DNA of 64,000 bases, from NCBI GenBank assembly GCA_035577805.1, contig DATLUX010000516.1, positions 4,841-68,840 on the forward strand, in the 5' to 3' direction. The notes under the pieces are model-generated. The model saw only the letters and a list, made by a program, of their open reading frames with translations, made no database searches and had not been told where the DNA came from. A program made the translations under genes and the position numbers. Within the stretch, counting starts at the first letter, position 1, and each line of letters opens with the position of its first letter. This stretch comes from Verrucomicrobiia bacterium. Lineage in GTDB: Bacteria > Verrucomicrobiota > Verrucomicrobiia > Limisphaerales > JADJPG01. Shown in pieces: positions 40,201 to 48,150 of the stretch.

Positions 40201-41819
40201 TCGTGGCGAACGCCGGGAACAACGCCGTGGCACTGATCGAACTACCCAACGCCCAGCACGCCACCAGCGTGGTCCAAGGATTTATCCCCACCGACTGGTA
40301 TCCAGGCGCCGTGGTGGTCGATCGCGATTATATCTACGTGGCCAATGTGAAGGGTTTGGGAACACGCAATGGCGCTCCCAACACCACCGCTTGGGATGCC
40401 AACCGCGCTCTGGGCACCGTCAACCGGATTCCATTCCCAGGCGCCGAACTCTTAAGCAAATACACCGCCTGGGTCCACGAAGATGGACGTGTGCCCGAAA
40501 TGCTGCGCGCTCTGGAGCGGGTGAACGGCCCCGCCCCGCCGGTGCCCGTGCCGGCACGCCCCGGAGAGCCCTCCGTTTTCCAGCATGTTGTTTATGTCAT
40601 CAAAGAAAACAAAACCTATGACCAGGTGCTTGGGGATCTTCCACAAGGCAACGGCGCCTCTAACCTCTGTGTCTTCCCACGCTTCGTCACTCCTAATCAC
40701 CACGCGCTGGCGGAGCGTTACGTTCTGCTGGACAACTTTTACTGCAACGGGGTGAACTCGGCGGATGGGCATTCCTGGTCGACCGAAGGCAATGTCACCG
40801 ACCATCTGGAAAAGGCGTTTGGCGGATTCAGCCGGAGTTACACGTTTGGCGATGATGCGCTGACCTACTCTTCCTCGGGATTCATCTGGGACAACGTCCT
40901 TTCCCACGGCCTTTCGTTCCGTAATTACGGCGAGATGGATTACGCGTCGCCCATTCCAGCCAGTGCGTCGTGGCTGACCATTTATCGGGACTTCACCAAC
41001 CGCACGGGCCAGATTCGCTATGCCCAGAACATCGGGATTGCGCCGCTTCGTCCCTACAGTTCGACCAACGTCCCGGGTTGGAACCTTGGCATTCCGGATG
41101 TGGTGCGGGCCGCGGCCTTCATCAAGGAGTTGAAGGCGGCCGAGTCGGATGGATTCTGGGCCAGCTTTCACATTCTGTATCTGCCCAATGATCATACGAT
41201 CGGAACATCGCCTGGTTATCCCACGCCGCGGGCGCAAGTCGCCGACAATGATCTGGCCTTGGGCCAGGCTGTCGCAGCCATCACCCAAAGCCGTTTCGGC
41301 AGCAATACGTGCATCTTTGTGATCGAGGACGATCCTCAGAGCGGTTATGACCATGTGGATGGGCATCGGTCTCTTTGTCTGGTCATCAGCCCGTACACCA
41401 AACGTGGCAGTGTGATCAGCGAGTTCTACAATCAAACCGCCGTGCTTCACACCATGGAACGCATCCTGGGCCTGCCGCCCATGAACCAACTCGATGCGCT
41501 CGCTCCTCTCATGGCTGAATGTTTCACTTCCCTCGCCAATTTCGAGCCCTACACCGCTTTGACCAATAACGTGCGTCTCGACGAAATGAATGGCGGCAGC
41601 GCCTCGCTCTCGCGGAAAGAACAATATTGGGTCAAGCAAAGCCTGAAACTGAACTTTAGCTTGCCTGACCGCGCCAACGAAGATGTGCTCAATCGCATTG
41701 TCTGGCATTCCGTGAAAGGCGTGGATGCCAAGTATCCCGCGCGCTGGGCCGGCGCTCACGGCAAAGGCCTCAAGAAACTCGGGCTCGTCCTCACCGGCGA
41801 ACGCGATGCGGACGATTAA
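37266..41819 (+). CDS. Giant secreted multidomain protein: MAM/'choice-of-anchor'-like + Ig-like + LamG-like + beta-propeller (YncE-like) + phosphoesterase (PLC/AcpA family)
   Basis: Signal peptide MKRITLSLLLGWVLALGVTPARA at ATG 37266. Ig-like module (..LTFQWRLNGTNIPGATNATL..YTVVVSNGAG..). LamG-like module (..NQYTLLMDVMYP..NRWYRVGLAVD..). Repeated ..DG..LYV.. propeller blades (LSPDETVAYVSD, LSPDGGTLYVANANSDTITVIE). C-terminal phosphoesterase motifs HVVYVIKENKTYDQVLGDL, NSADGHSWSTEG, LPNDHT, VIEDDPQSGYDHVDGHRS. Confidence 0.8.
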   Translation: MKRITLSLLLGWVLALGVTPARAAAISLPVPIYLENFNAVPEGSLPAGWTQTNYSTLPETIFDLQDLASASYAGWVVVDRSRFTSNFLAYSSHTPTDYSRVLSFNADNVVNGQVVTNLAEGRFLMANSGYREGSQVQYLWSGDFDLTGKTNIHLSYHSLWEQNQDNFGAVEYSVDGGANWLPIVYMLDTPDVITSGGVVDAIRTLTNRYPDVATYVDPGSGAVQGGYYGAFIAAPISQALAPFISARINDDPVESKRVELFRLPAADNQATVRFRFAHAGTDSWYFGIDDFGLYSITPTAPVISAAPKSVNVSAGAFATFEVAASGEPPLTFQWRLNGTNIPGATNATLPVTAAAGPSAGAYTVVVSNGAGAVESPGAILTVYVPAVTGQWDFDAGDLRATAGSDVESRDGTLRPAAFTELTLGGQPAQVLHFGSNVVDHGLLMRHGARPNAGGRLVNQYTLLMDVMYPSESSGHWRALWQTDPFNHSGNEADFLVGAAAALPDPNGIGANHQFHASLEPNRWYRVGLAVDLAAPPAQRLTTYLDGLKVATQELEEGVDGRYALGPTGVLFAGGDGSSPAGFVNSIQFVNGWWPDTAFAALGGPVASGLPPGDAVVRVSSLEQATGSLTLRWSGGGGLFRIQKASSLALSDWQDAGMPTSNRIFTVSLDGGGAFYRVKSVPPPLRVGLQPGGESALPTAQLIRTIGDSLPFSGRPVDLAAGPGGQRLYVKRNDAVVVIDAKAWKLVQQLGFPGSGASMHGITVTRDGTRLYVTGAGQELYEATIGATNGALVWSRTVGMPGSSYPCGVAVSSDRTRAYVCLSRLNTLAVVNLPTGAVLRQINVGIAPFDVVLSPDETVAYVSDWGGRRPAPGETTADSAGTQVVVDGRGIGASGAVSIVDLVQNVQTALVPTGLHPADLELSPDGGTLYVANANSDTITVIETATATVRETILVRPDATLPFGSAANALALTTDAKTLVVANAGNNAVALIELPNAQHATSVVQGFIPTDWYPGAVVVDRDYIYVANVKGLGTRNGAPNTTAWDANRALGTVNRIPFPGAELLSKYTAWVHEDGRVPEMLRALERVNGPAPPVPVPARPGEPSVFQHVVYVIKENKTYDQVLGDLPQGNGASNLCVFPRFVTPNHHALAERYVLLDNFYCNGVNSADGHSWSTEGNVTDHLEKAFGGFSRSYTFGDDALTYSSSGFIWDNVLSHGLSFRNYGEMDYASPIPASASWLTIYRDFTNRTGQIRYAQNIGIAPLRPYSSTNVPGWNLGIPDVVRAAAFIKELKAAESDGFWASFHILYLPNDHTIGTSPGYPTPRAQVADNDLALGQAVAAITQSRFGSNTCIFVIEDDPQSGYDHVDGHRSLCLVISPYTKRGSVISEFYNQTAVLHTMERILGLPPMNQLDALAPLMAECFTSLANFEPYTALTNNVRLDEMNGGSASLSRKEQYWVKQSLKLNFSLPDRANEDVLNRIVWHSVKGVDAKYPARWAGAHGKGLKKLGLVLTGERDADD

Positions 41820-41912
41820 CGCTCGAAATAACGCACTTGAATTGTCGTCGACCCGCCGGTATGACGGGGGCGACTCAATTGATCGCCAGTGGCGGGTTCG
41901 AGGGTGGTGTTC

Positions 41913-42716
41913 ATGGCTAATGCACATGTGTCGTTGAAAGAGCGCTCATTCGGCCAGACCATGCGTCGTGATGCATGGTGGGCACAGCCGATCTTTGTCT
42001 GTCTTGGGCTTTCCACGTTCGTGATCTATTCCACCTGGGCGGCCTTGCAGGGGGAGCATTATACGTCCGGACCTTATCTGTCACCGTTTTACTCGCCGGA
42101 ACTGCTGGGGGCATCGCCGCATGCCTTGTTTGGGCCTCAGCCGGGTTGGTGGCCGACCTGGCTGCCCTTTTCACCGGCCTTGTTGATCCTGTGGGCGCCG
42201 GGGTTGTTTCGACTCACTTGTTATTACTATCGCGGCGCCTACTACAAGGCGTTCTGGGCCGACCCGCCTTCCTGCACGGTGAGCGAACCGCGCAAGTCGT
42301 ATCTGGGCGAGAATTCTTTTCCGCTCATCCTGCAGAACGTCCACCGCTATTTTCTTTATGTTGGTTTTGTGTTTTTGGCTTTTCTGGCGGTCGACGTCTG
42401 GAAGGCGATGTGGTTTGCGGACCCTGTAAGCGGCCAGAAACACTTTGGCCTGGGCCTGGGGACGCTGGTGCTGGCGGTGAATGTGGTCTTGCTGAGTGGT
42501 TACGCGTGCGGCTGCCATTCTCTGCGGCATTTGATTGGAGGATTCAGTGATCGACTCTCCCAAGCGCCACTCTGCGAACGAGCTTACCAGTGCGTCAGCT
42601 GCTTTAACCGGCGCCACATGCTCTGGGCGTGGCTCAGCTTGTTTTGGGTGGGTTTCAGCGACCTTTATGTGCGGCTTTGCTCGGTCGGCGTCTGGACTGA
42701 CTGGAGGATCTTCTGA
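41913..42716 (+). CDS. Succinate dehydrogenase/fumarate reductase membrane anchor (Sdh1/Rv0249c-like)
   Basis: About 267 aa polytopic membrane protein with conserved His residues, sitting immediately upstream of sdhA/sdhB. This size and position match the actinobacterial Sdh1-type anchor as I recall it. The ORF opens at GTG 41889. Confidence 0.6.
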   Translation: MANAHVSLKERSFGQTMRRDAWWAQPIFVCLGLSTFVIYSTWAALQGEHYTSGPYLSPFYSPELLGASPHALFGPQPGWWPTWLPFSPALLILWAPGLFRLTCYYYRGAYYKAFWADPPSCTVSEPRKSYLGENSFPLILQNVHRYFLYVGFVFLAFLAVDVWKAMWFADPVSGQKHFGLGLGTLVLAVNVVLLSGYACGCHSLRHLIGGFSDRLSQAPLCERAYQCVSCFNRRHMLWAWLSLFWVGFSDLYVRLCSVGVWTDWRIF

Positions 42717-42766
42717 TTACAGCAGTGACCGAATGATTCCTTAACCTTCCGCCCGCAACCGAAACC

Positions 42767-44593
42767 ATGGCCGACTATCCGACCTTCGAGCACGACGTTC
42801 TGGTTATCGGCTCCGGCGGCGCCGGGTTGCGCGCGGCGATTGAGGCGTCCGCCGCCGGCGTGTCGGTTGGCATGGTGTGCAAGAGTCTCTTGGGCAAAGC
42901 GCATACCGTGATGGCGGAGGGCGGGATCGCGGCGGCGCTGGCCAACGTCGATGAGCGCGACAGTTGGAAAGTGCATTTCGCCGACACCATGCGGGGCGGG
43001 CAGTACGTCAACAACTGGCGCATGGCGGAGCTGCACGCCAAGGAAGCGCCCGATCGGGTCCGCGAACTGGAAGCGTGGGGAGCGGTTTTCGATCGCACGC
43101 CGGACGGGCGGATCCTGCAAAGGAATTTCGGCGGGCACAAATATCCGCGGCTGGCGCATGTCGGCGACCGCACCGGGCTGGAATTGATTCGGACGCTGCA
43201 AGACCATGGGGTGCATCGCGGCATCGATGTGCACATGGAAGTGTGCGTGCTGGCGCTGCTGAAAGACGGCGAGCGGGTGGTGGGCGCATTTGCCTATGAT
43301 CGGGAACGAGGTCGGTTCAAGGTGTTTCAGGCCAAGGCCGTCGTGCTGGCCACCGGAGGCGTCGGCAAAGCCTACAAGATCACGAGCAACAGCTGGGACT
43401 GCACCGGGGACGGCCATGCTCTGGCCTATCACGCGGGAGCGGCGCTCATCGACATGGAATACCTGCAGTTCCATCCTACCGGCATGGTCTGGCCGCCCAG
43501 CGTCTGCGGGATGCTCGTCACCGAAGGCGTCCGCGGCGAAGGCGGCGTCCTCACCAACAAGGACGGCAAGCGGTTCATGTTCGACTCCATCCCGGATAAT
43601 TACAAAGCGCAGACGGCCGACAACGAAGAGGAAGGCTGGCGTTATACGCAAGGCGACAAAAATGCCCGGCGTCCCCCGGATTTGCTCACGCGCGATCACG
43701 TCGCCCGCTGCATTGTTCGCGAGATCAAGGAAGGCCGCGGCACTGCGCATGGCGGGGTCTATCTGGACATCTCCTGGATTAAGAAACGGCTGCCGAATGC
43801 GGCCGAGCACATCAAGCGCAAGCTGCCCAGCATGTATCATCAATTCAAGCAGTTGGGCGATGTCGACATCACGCGCGAACCGATGGAGGTCGGCCCCACC
43901 ACCCATTACGTCATGGGCGGAGTGCGCGTCGATGCGGACACGCAGATGTCGAACGTGCCTGGCCTGTTTGCGGCGGGAGAATGCGCCGCCGGGATCAACG
44001 GAGCGAACCGGTTGGGCGGCAATTCGCTCTCCGATCTCCTGGTGTTCGGCAAACGGGCCGGTGAATTCGCCGCCCAGTACGCGAAGGAACACAAGGCAGG
44101 CCAGATTAACTCCATGCAGCTGGAGGAAGCGTCGCGGCGAGCCCTGGAGCCATTTGAACGTAACGTGCGCTCGGACGCCGGCCCGGACGGCCCGTTCCAG
44201 GTCCAATATGATCTCCAGGAACTGATGCAAAACCTCGTCGGCATCGTGCGCCGCGAGGATGAGATGTTGCGCGCGGTCGATGGACTCGAACGCTTGTGGG
44301 AACGCGCCCGCCGCGTCGGGGCGACTGGACACCGCGAGTTTAATCCCGGCTGGCACACGGCCCTCGATCTCACCAGCCTCTTAACCGTTTCCCAATGCAT
44401 CGCCCGCGCCGCCCTGGAAAGAAAAGAAAGCCGCGGCGCCCATTTTCGGGACGATTTTCCCGACAAAGACCCGGCCTTCGCCAAGGTCAGCGTCATGGTC
44501 CGCAAAGGCCGCGATGGCGGCATGGAAGTCAGCCGTGAACCGCTTCCGCCAATGCCTGACTATCTCAAGCAGATCATCGACGAAATGAAGTGA
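42767..44593 (+). CDS. sdhA: Succinate dehydrogenase/fumarate reductase flavoprotein subunit
   Basis: FAD dinucleotide fold DVLVIGSGGAGLRAA, covalent-FAD His context KAHTVMAEGG, and active-site motifs HPTG and RGEGG. Confidence 0.92.
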   Translation: MADYPTFEHDVLVIGSGGAGLRAAIEASAAGVSVGMVCKSLLGKAHTVMAEGGIAAALANVDERDSWKVHFADTMRGGQYVNNWRMAELHAKEAPDRVRELEAWGAVFDRTPDGRILQRNFGGHKYPRLAHVGDRTGLELIRTLQDHGVHRGIDVHMEVCVLALLKDGERVVGAFAYDRERGRFKVFQAKAVVLATGGVGKAYKITSNSWDCTGDGHALAYHAGAALIDMEYLQFHPTGMVWPPSVCGMLVTEGVRGEGGVLTNKDGKRFMFDSIPDNYKAQTADNEEEGWRYTQGDKNARRPPDLLTRDHVARCIVREIKEGRGTAHGGVYLDISWIKKRLPNAAEHIKRKLPSMYHQFKQLGDVDITREPMEVGPTTHYVMGGVRVDADTQMSNVPGLFAAGECAAGINGANRLGGNSLSDLLVFGKRAGEFAAQYAKEHKAGQINSMQLEEASRRALEPFERNVRSDAGPDGPFQVQYDLQELMQNLVGIVRREDEMLRAVDGLERLWERARRVGATGHREFNPGWHTALDLTSLLTVSQCIARAALERKESRGAHFRDDFPDKDPAFAKVSVMVRKGRDGGMEVSREPLPPMPDYLKQIIDEMK

Positions 44594-44642
44594 ACCGAAT
44601 GAAATGAAATGAGTTCAACGAGGTGAACTGGATCCACTTGAC

Positions 44643-45389
44643 ATGAAAAAAGCCCTGTTCCGAATCTGGCGTGGTGATGCGCAAGGCGGCAAGTTCCAGG
44701 ATTATCAGGCCGAGGTCAGCGAAGGGATGGTAGTGCTGGATGCCGTTCACCAGATTCAGGCCAGGCAAGCCAACGATCTGGCCTGCCGCTGGAATTGCAA
44801 AGCCGGCAAATGCGGCTCTTGCTCCGCGGAAGTCAATGGGTTGCCCCGCCTCATGTGCATGACCCGGCTGAGCCAGATTCCGCTCGACCAACCCATCACG
44901 ATCGAGCCGATGAAGGCGTTCCCGGTCGTCCGCGATCTGACCACGGATCTCTCGTGGAATTTTCAAGTGAAGAAAAAGATCAAGCCGTTCAAGCCCTGCC
45001 CGCCGCAGGCTCCGGACGGCACCTGGCGCATGGCGCAAGCCGACATCGATCGTGTGCAGGAATTCCGCAAGTGCATCGAATGCTTTCTTTGCCAGGACGT
45101 CTGCCACGTCTTGCGCAATCATCAGAAGCACCAGGAGTTCATCGGCCCGCGTTTTCTCGTTTACGCGGCCGCGTTGGAGATGCATCCGCTCGACACCGAG
45201 GATCGGCTCGACGAGCTGCGGCAAGCGCACGGCCTCGGCTTTTGCAACATCACCAAGTGCTGCACCAAAGTCTGCCCTGAAAGCATCACCATCACCGACA
45301 ACGCCATCATCCCGCTCAAGGAACGGGTGGTGGACCGTTTTTACGATCCGTTGGGCAAATTGTTGAGCTGGTTGCGGCCAAAAACCTGA
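44643..45389 (+). CDS. sdhB: Succinate dehydrogenase/fumarate reductase iron-sulfur subunit
   Basis: Three Cys clusters: CRWNCKAGKCGSC (2Fe-2S), CIECFLCQDVC (4Fe-4S), CTKVCPESI (3Fe-4S). Confidence 0.9.
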   Translation: MKKALFRIWRGDAQGGKFQDYQAEVSEGMVVLDAVHQIQARQANDLACRWNCKAGKCGSCSAEVNGLPRLMCMTRLSQIPLDQPITIEPMKAFPVVRDLTTDLSWNFQVKKKIKPFKPCPPQAPDGTWRMAQADIDRVQEFRKCIECFLCQDVCHVLRNHQKHQEFIGPRFLVYAAALEMHPLDTEDRLDELRQAHGLGFCNITKCCTKVCPESITITDNAIIPLKERVVDRFYDPLGKLLSWLRPKT

Positions 45390-45426
45390 CCGACCTGGTC
45401 CTGAGCGCTCCGGCGCTCCCACGTCT

Positions 45427-45924
45427 ATGTTCGAACTCAAAGCGCTTTCGCCCGAAGGCATCCCGGCTGCGCTCGACAAGGCCATGCGTTACCGCCTCCT
45501 GAACGAGCCGGGCGCGGCCGAAAGCATCTGCCATGACGTTCTGCGCATCGATCCGGACAACCAACAGGCGTTGGTGTTGCTCTTGCTGGCGCTCACCGAT
45601 CGCTTCAGCAAAGGCTACGCGGTCGGGGTCAGCGGCGCGCAGGAGGTTCTGGCCCGCCTGCGCGACCCTTACGAACGGGTTTATTACGCCGGCCTGATCT
45701 GCGAACGACGCGGCAAGGCCATCCTGCATCAGGGCGGCGTCGGCGCCGGCGGAGCCGCCTACGGTTTCCTGCGGGAGGCGATGGAACACTACGAAAACGC
45801 CGAGAAACTTCGCCCGGCCCACAACGACGACGCTCTCCTGCGTTGGAACGCTTGCGCCCGGATCATCATGCAGAACAAATTAACTGCGCCGGACGACGGC
45901 GGCACGGAGCTGCCTTTGGAATGA
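45427..45924 (+). CDS. Hypothetical helical (TPR-like) protein
   Basis: 165-aa ORF 37 nt after sdhB with genome-typical codon usage and alpha-helical repeat-like sequence. No recognisable catalytic motif. Confidence 0.5.
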   Translation: MFELKALSPEGIPAALDKAMRYRLLNEPGAAESICHDVLRIDPDNQQALVLLLLALTDRFSKGYAVGVSGAQEVLARLRDPYERVYYAGLICERRGKAILHQGGVGAGGAAYGFLREAMEHYENAEKLRPAHNDDALLRWNACARIIMQNKLTAPDDGGTELPLE

Positions 45925-45973
45925 GCGCGGATTTGCTTAGAGTGTCCGGGCTCTATGGTTTATACCCTGTGGC

Positions 45974-47878
45974 GTGAACGCGGTTGGTCGAGTGGCCTTG
46001 GCGCCTGCCAAGCCCGTCCTGATCTACGATGGCGATTGCAACTTCTGCCGCCTCTGGATTCGGCGTTGGCAACAGCGGACCGGCGACACCGTGGAGTATG
46101 TGTCGTTGCAGGCCGACTCCGTGGCGGTCCAGTTCCCGGAATTGTCGCGGGAAACCCTCCAGGAGGCAGTGCACCTGGTGGGAACGGACGGCTCGGTGCA
46201 ACGGGCGGCGGCGGCGGTGTTCGGCGCCCTGGCCGCGGTCAACCCGTGGCCGCTTTGGATTTATCGATCCTTGCCGGGAGCACGGCCCGTCACTGAGACC
46301 GCCTACCGGATGGTGGCGCGGCACCGTTCCATCTTCTCGCTACTGACGCGGCTGTTTTGGGGCTCAAACCTGGAGCCGGCCTCTTACGCGCTGGTTCGTT
46401 GGCTTTTTTTGCGCGGTTTGGGGTTGGTTTATCTCGTGGCTTTTCTTTCCCTTGGTTCGCAGGTTCTGGGGCTGGCCGGCAGTCGCGGGATCTTGCCGGC
46501 CGAACAGACGATGGGCCTGGCCGCCCAGCACTGGTCGGCGGGGGGCTTGAGCCGATTTCTGGCCGAACCGACGCTGTGTTGGTTTCGAGCAGACGATGTG
46601 TTCTTGAAAGGGCAGTGCACGGTCGGGGTCATCCTGTCGGGGCTGGTGATCGCGGGAATTTTCCAGGCGCCCTGCCTGTTGTTGTTATGGCTGCTTTATT
46701 TGTCACTCACGGTGGTGGGCGGCGTTTTCCTGGGGTATCAATGGGACAATCTGCTTTTGGAAACCGGGTTGCTGGCGATTTTCTTCGCGCCGGTGCGTTG
46801 GTCGGCGGGGTTGCGTCGCGAGTTGGCGCCATCCCGGTGTATCCTTTGGTTGCTGCGCTGGTTACTGTTCCGGCTGCTCTTCGCGTCGGGATGCGTGAAG
46901 CTTCTGAGTGGCGATAGGACCTGGCATGAGTTGACGGCCTTGACGTTTCATTATGAAACGCAGCCATTGCCGACCTGGGTGGGGTGGTACGTTCATCAAT
47001 TGCCGGCTTGGTTTCAGAAGGGTAGTTGTGCGGCCATGTTTGGGGTCGAATTGGTTTTGCCGTTGTTCATCTGGTTTCCGCGGCGGCTCCGGCTTCTGGC
47101 TTTCTGGCCTTTGGTGCTGCTTCAACTGGCCATCATGCTTACCGGTAATTACACCTTCTTTAACTATTTGACCCTCGTCTTGTGCCTGACGCTGCTGGAT
47201 GATCAGGCCTTGAGGCGTTTGTTTCCCAACTTCGTTTTGCAACGCCTGGGCGAAGGCGCCGCTTGGGAGAGAGTCCACCCGCGTCGCTGGCAGCACCTGG
47301 CCCGTCGACTCGCGGTGTTCCCGTTAACCGCCGTCATCCTGATCCTGACGGGCGAGCAAATGTTGGGGATGTTCCGGGTCCGAATCGACTGGCCGCAGCC
47401 GGTGCAGCGGCTTGACGAATGGGCCAGCCCCTTTCGGAGCGTGAATAGTTACGGGTTGTTCGCGGTGATGACGACCTCTCGCCCTGAGATCGTGGTGGAA
47501 GGGAGCCGGGATGGCGTTACCTGGCTGCCCTACGAGTTTCCTTTCAAGCCGGGTGCGCTGGACGTTGCGCCCCGCTTCGTCGCGCCCCACCAGCCGCGCC
47601 TCGACTGGCAAATGTGGTTCGCTGCCCTGGGCGATGTCCGCCAGAATCCCTGGTTTATCAACTTCGCGGTCCGCCTGATGCAAGGCGCGCCCGAAGTCCT
47701 CGCCCTTGTCCGCCATAACCCATTTCCAGGGCGGCCGCCGAAGTATATCCGAGCTTCACTCTATGAATATCGATTCACCGATTCGGCTGGACGCCAGGCG
47801 AATGGGACCTGGTGGCGGCGGGATGCGAAGGGATTATACTGCCCGCCGATTTCACTCAATGGCCGGCAGGGATTATGA
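45974..47878 (+). CDS. Fusion protein: DCC-family thiol-disulfide oxidoreductase (DUF393) + lipase maturation factor (LMF) family membrane domain
   Basis: N-terminal VLIYDGDCNFCRLWIRRW (DCC CxxC motif). From about aa 130 there is an LMF-like polytopic domain (..FLRGLGLVYLVAFLSLGSQVLGLAGSRGILP..) and an LMF-type C-terminus (..NPFPGRPPKYIRASLYEYRFT...GTWWRR..). GTG start at 45974. Confidence 0.75.
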   Translation: MNAVGRVALAPAKPVLIYDGDCNFCRLWIRRWQQRTGDTVEYVSLQADSVAVQFPELSRETLQEAVHLVGTDGSVQRAAAAVFGALAAVNPWPLWIYRSLPGARPVTETAYRMVARHRSIFSLLTRLFWGSNLEPASYALVRWLFLRGLGLVYLVAFLSLGSQVLGLAGSRGILPAEQTMGLAAQHWSAGGLSRFLAEPTLCWFRADDVFLKGQCTVGVILSGLVIAGIFQAPCLLLLWLLYLSLTVVGGVFLGYQWDNLLLETGLLAIFFAPVRWSAGLRRELAPSRCILWLLRWLLFRLLFASGCVKLLSGDRTWHELTALTFHYETQPLPTWVGWYVHQLPAWFQKGSCAAMFGVELVLPLFIWFPRRLRLLAFWPLVLLQLAIMLTGNYTFFNYLTLVLCLTLLDDQALRRLFPNFVLQRLGEGAAWERVHPRRWQHLARRLAVFPLTAVILILTGEQMLGMFRVRIDWPQPVQRLDEWASPFRSVNSYGLFAVMTTSRPEIVVEGSRDGVTWLPYEFPFKPGALDVAPRFVAPHQPRLDWQMWFAALGDVRQNPWFINFAVRLMQGAPEVLALVRHNPFPGRPPKYIRASLYEYRFTDSAGRQANGTWWRRDAKGLYCPPISLNGRQGL

Positions 47879-47904
47879 CGCCTGTCCCTGAAGCCGACCC
47901 TCAG

Positions 47905-48035
47905 GTAGCAGCCGACGTCAGGCAGCCTGCCCTGAGCTTGTCGAAGGGGCTCATTCTATCCCAACGCGTTCGTCGGGAAAAAAGATCAGAGCCCTTCGAC
48001 AGGCTCAGGGTGTACCTCGTGACCTCGGCTGCTAC
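47905..48035. repeat. MITE/REP-like element, family A, copy 3 (full length, 131 bp)
   Basis: TIRs are gtagcagccgacgtcagg.. / ..cctcgtgacctcggctgctac. The internal halves are also self-complementary (ctgagcttgtcgaaggggc / gcccttcgacaggctcag). Confidence 0.9.
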
Positions 48036-48046
48036 GTTAGATTGGT

Positions 48047-48100
48047 AGGTCCATGGCCCCAATTCGCGTGCATCAGCAGGTGGAAACTATCCGTGAAGCC
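48047..48100. repeat. Family C repeat fragment
   Basis: aggtccatggccccaattcgcgtgca...gtggaaactatccgtgaagcc resembles 50256-50312 (ggttcatggccccaatgttcgtgcaca...gtgaaagctctccatgaacc). Confidence 0.6.
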
Positions 48101-48150
48101 GAGGCTCGGTTACTTGACTGGGTCCGGCAGAGTTCGCACACTGGCCCACC

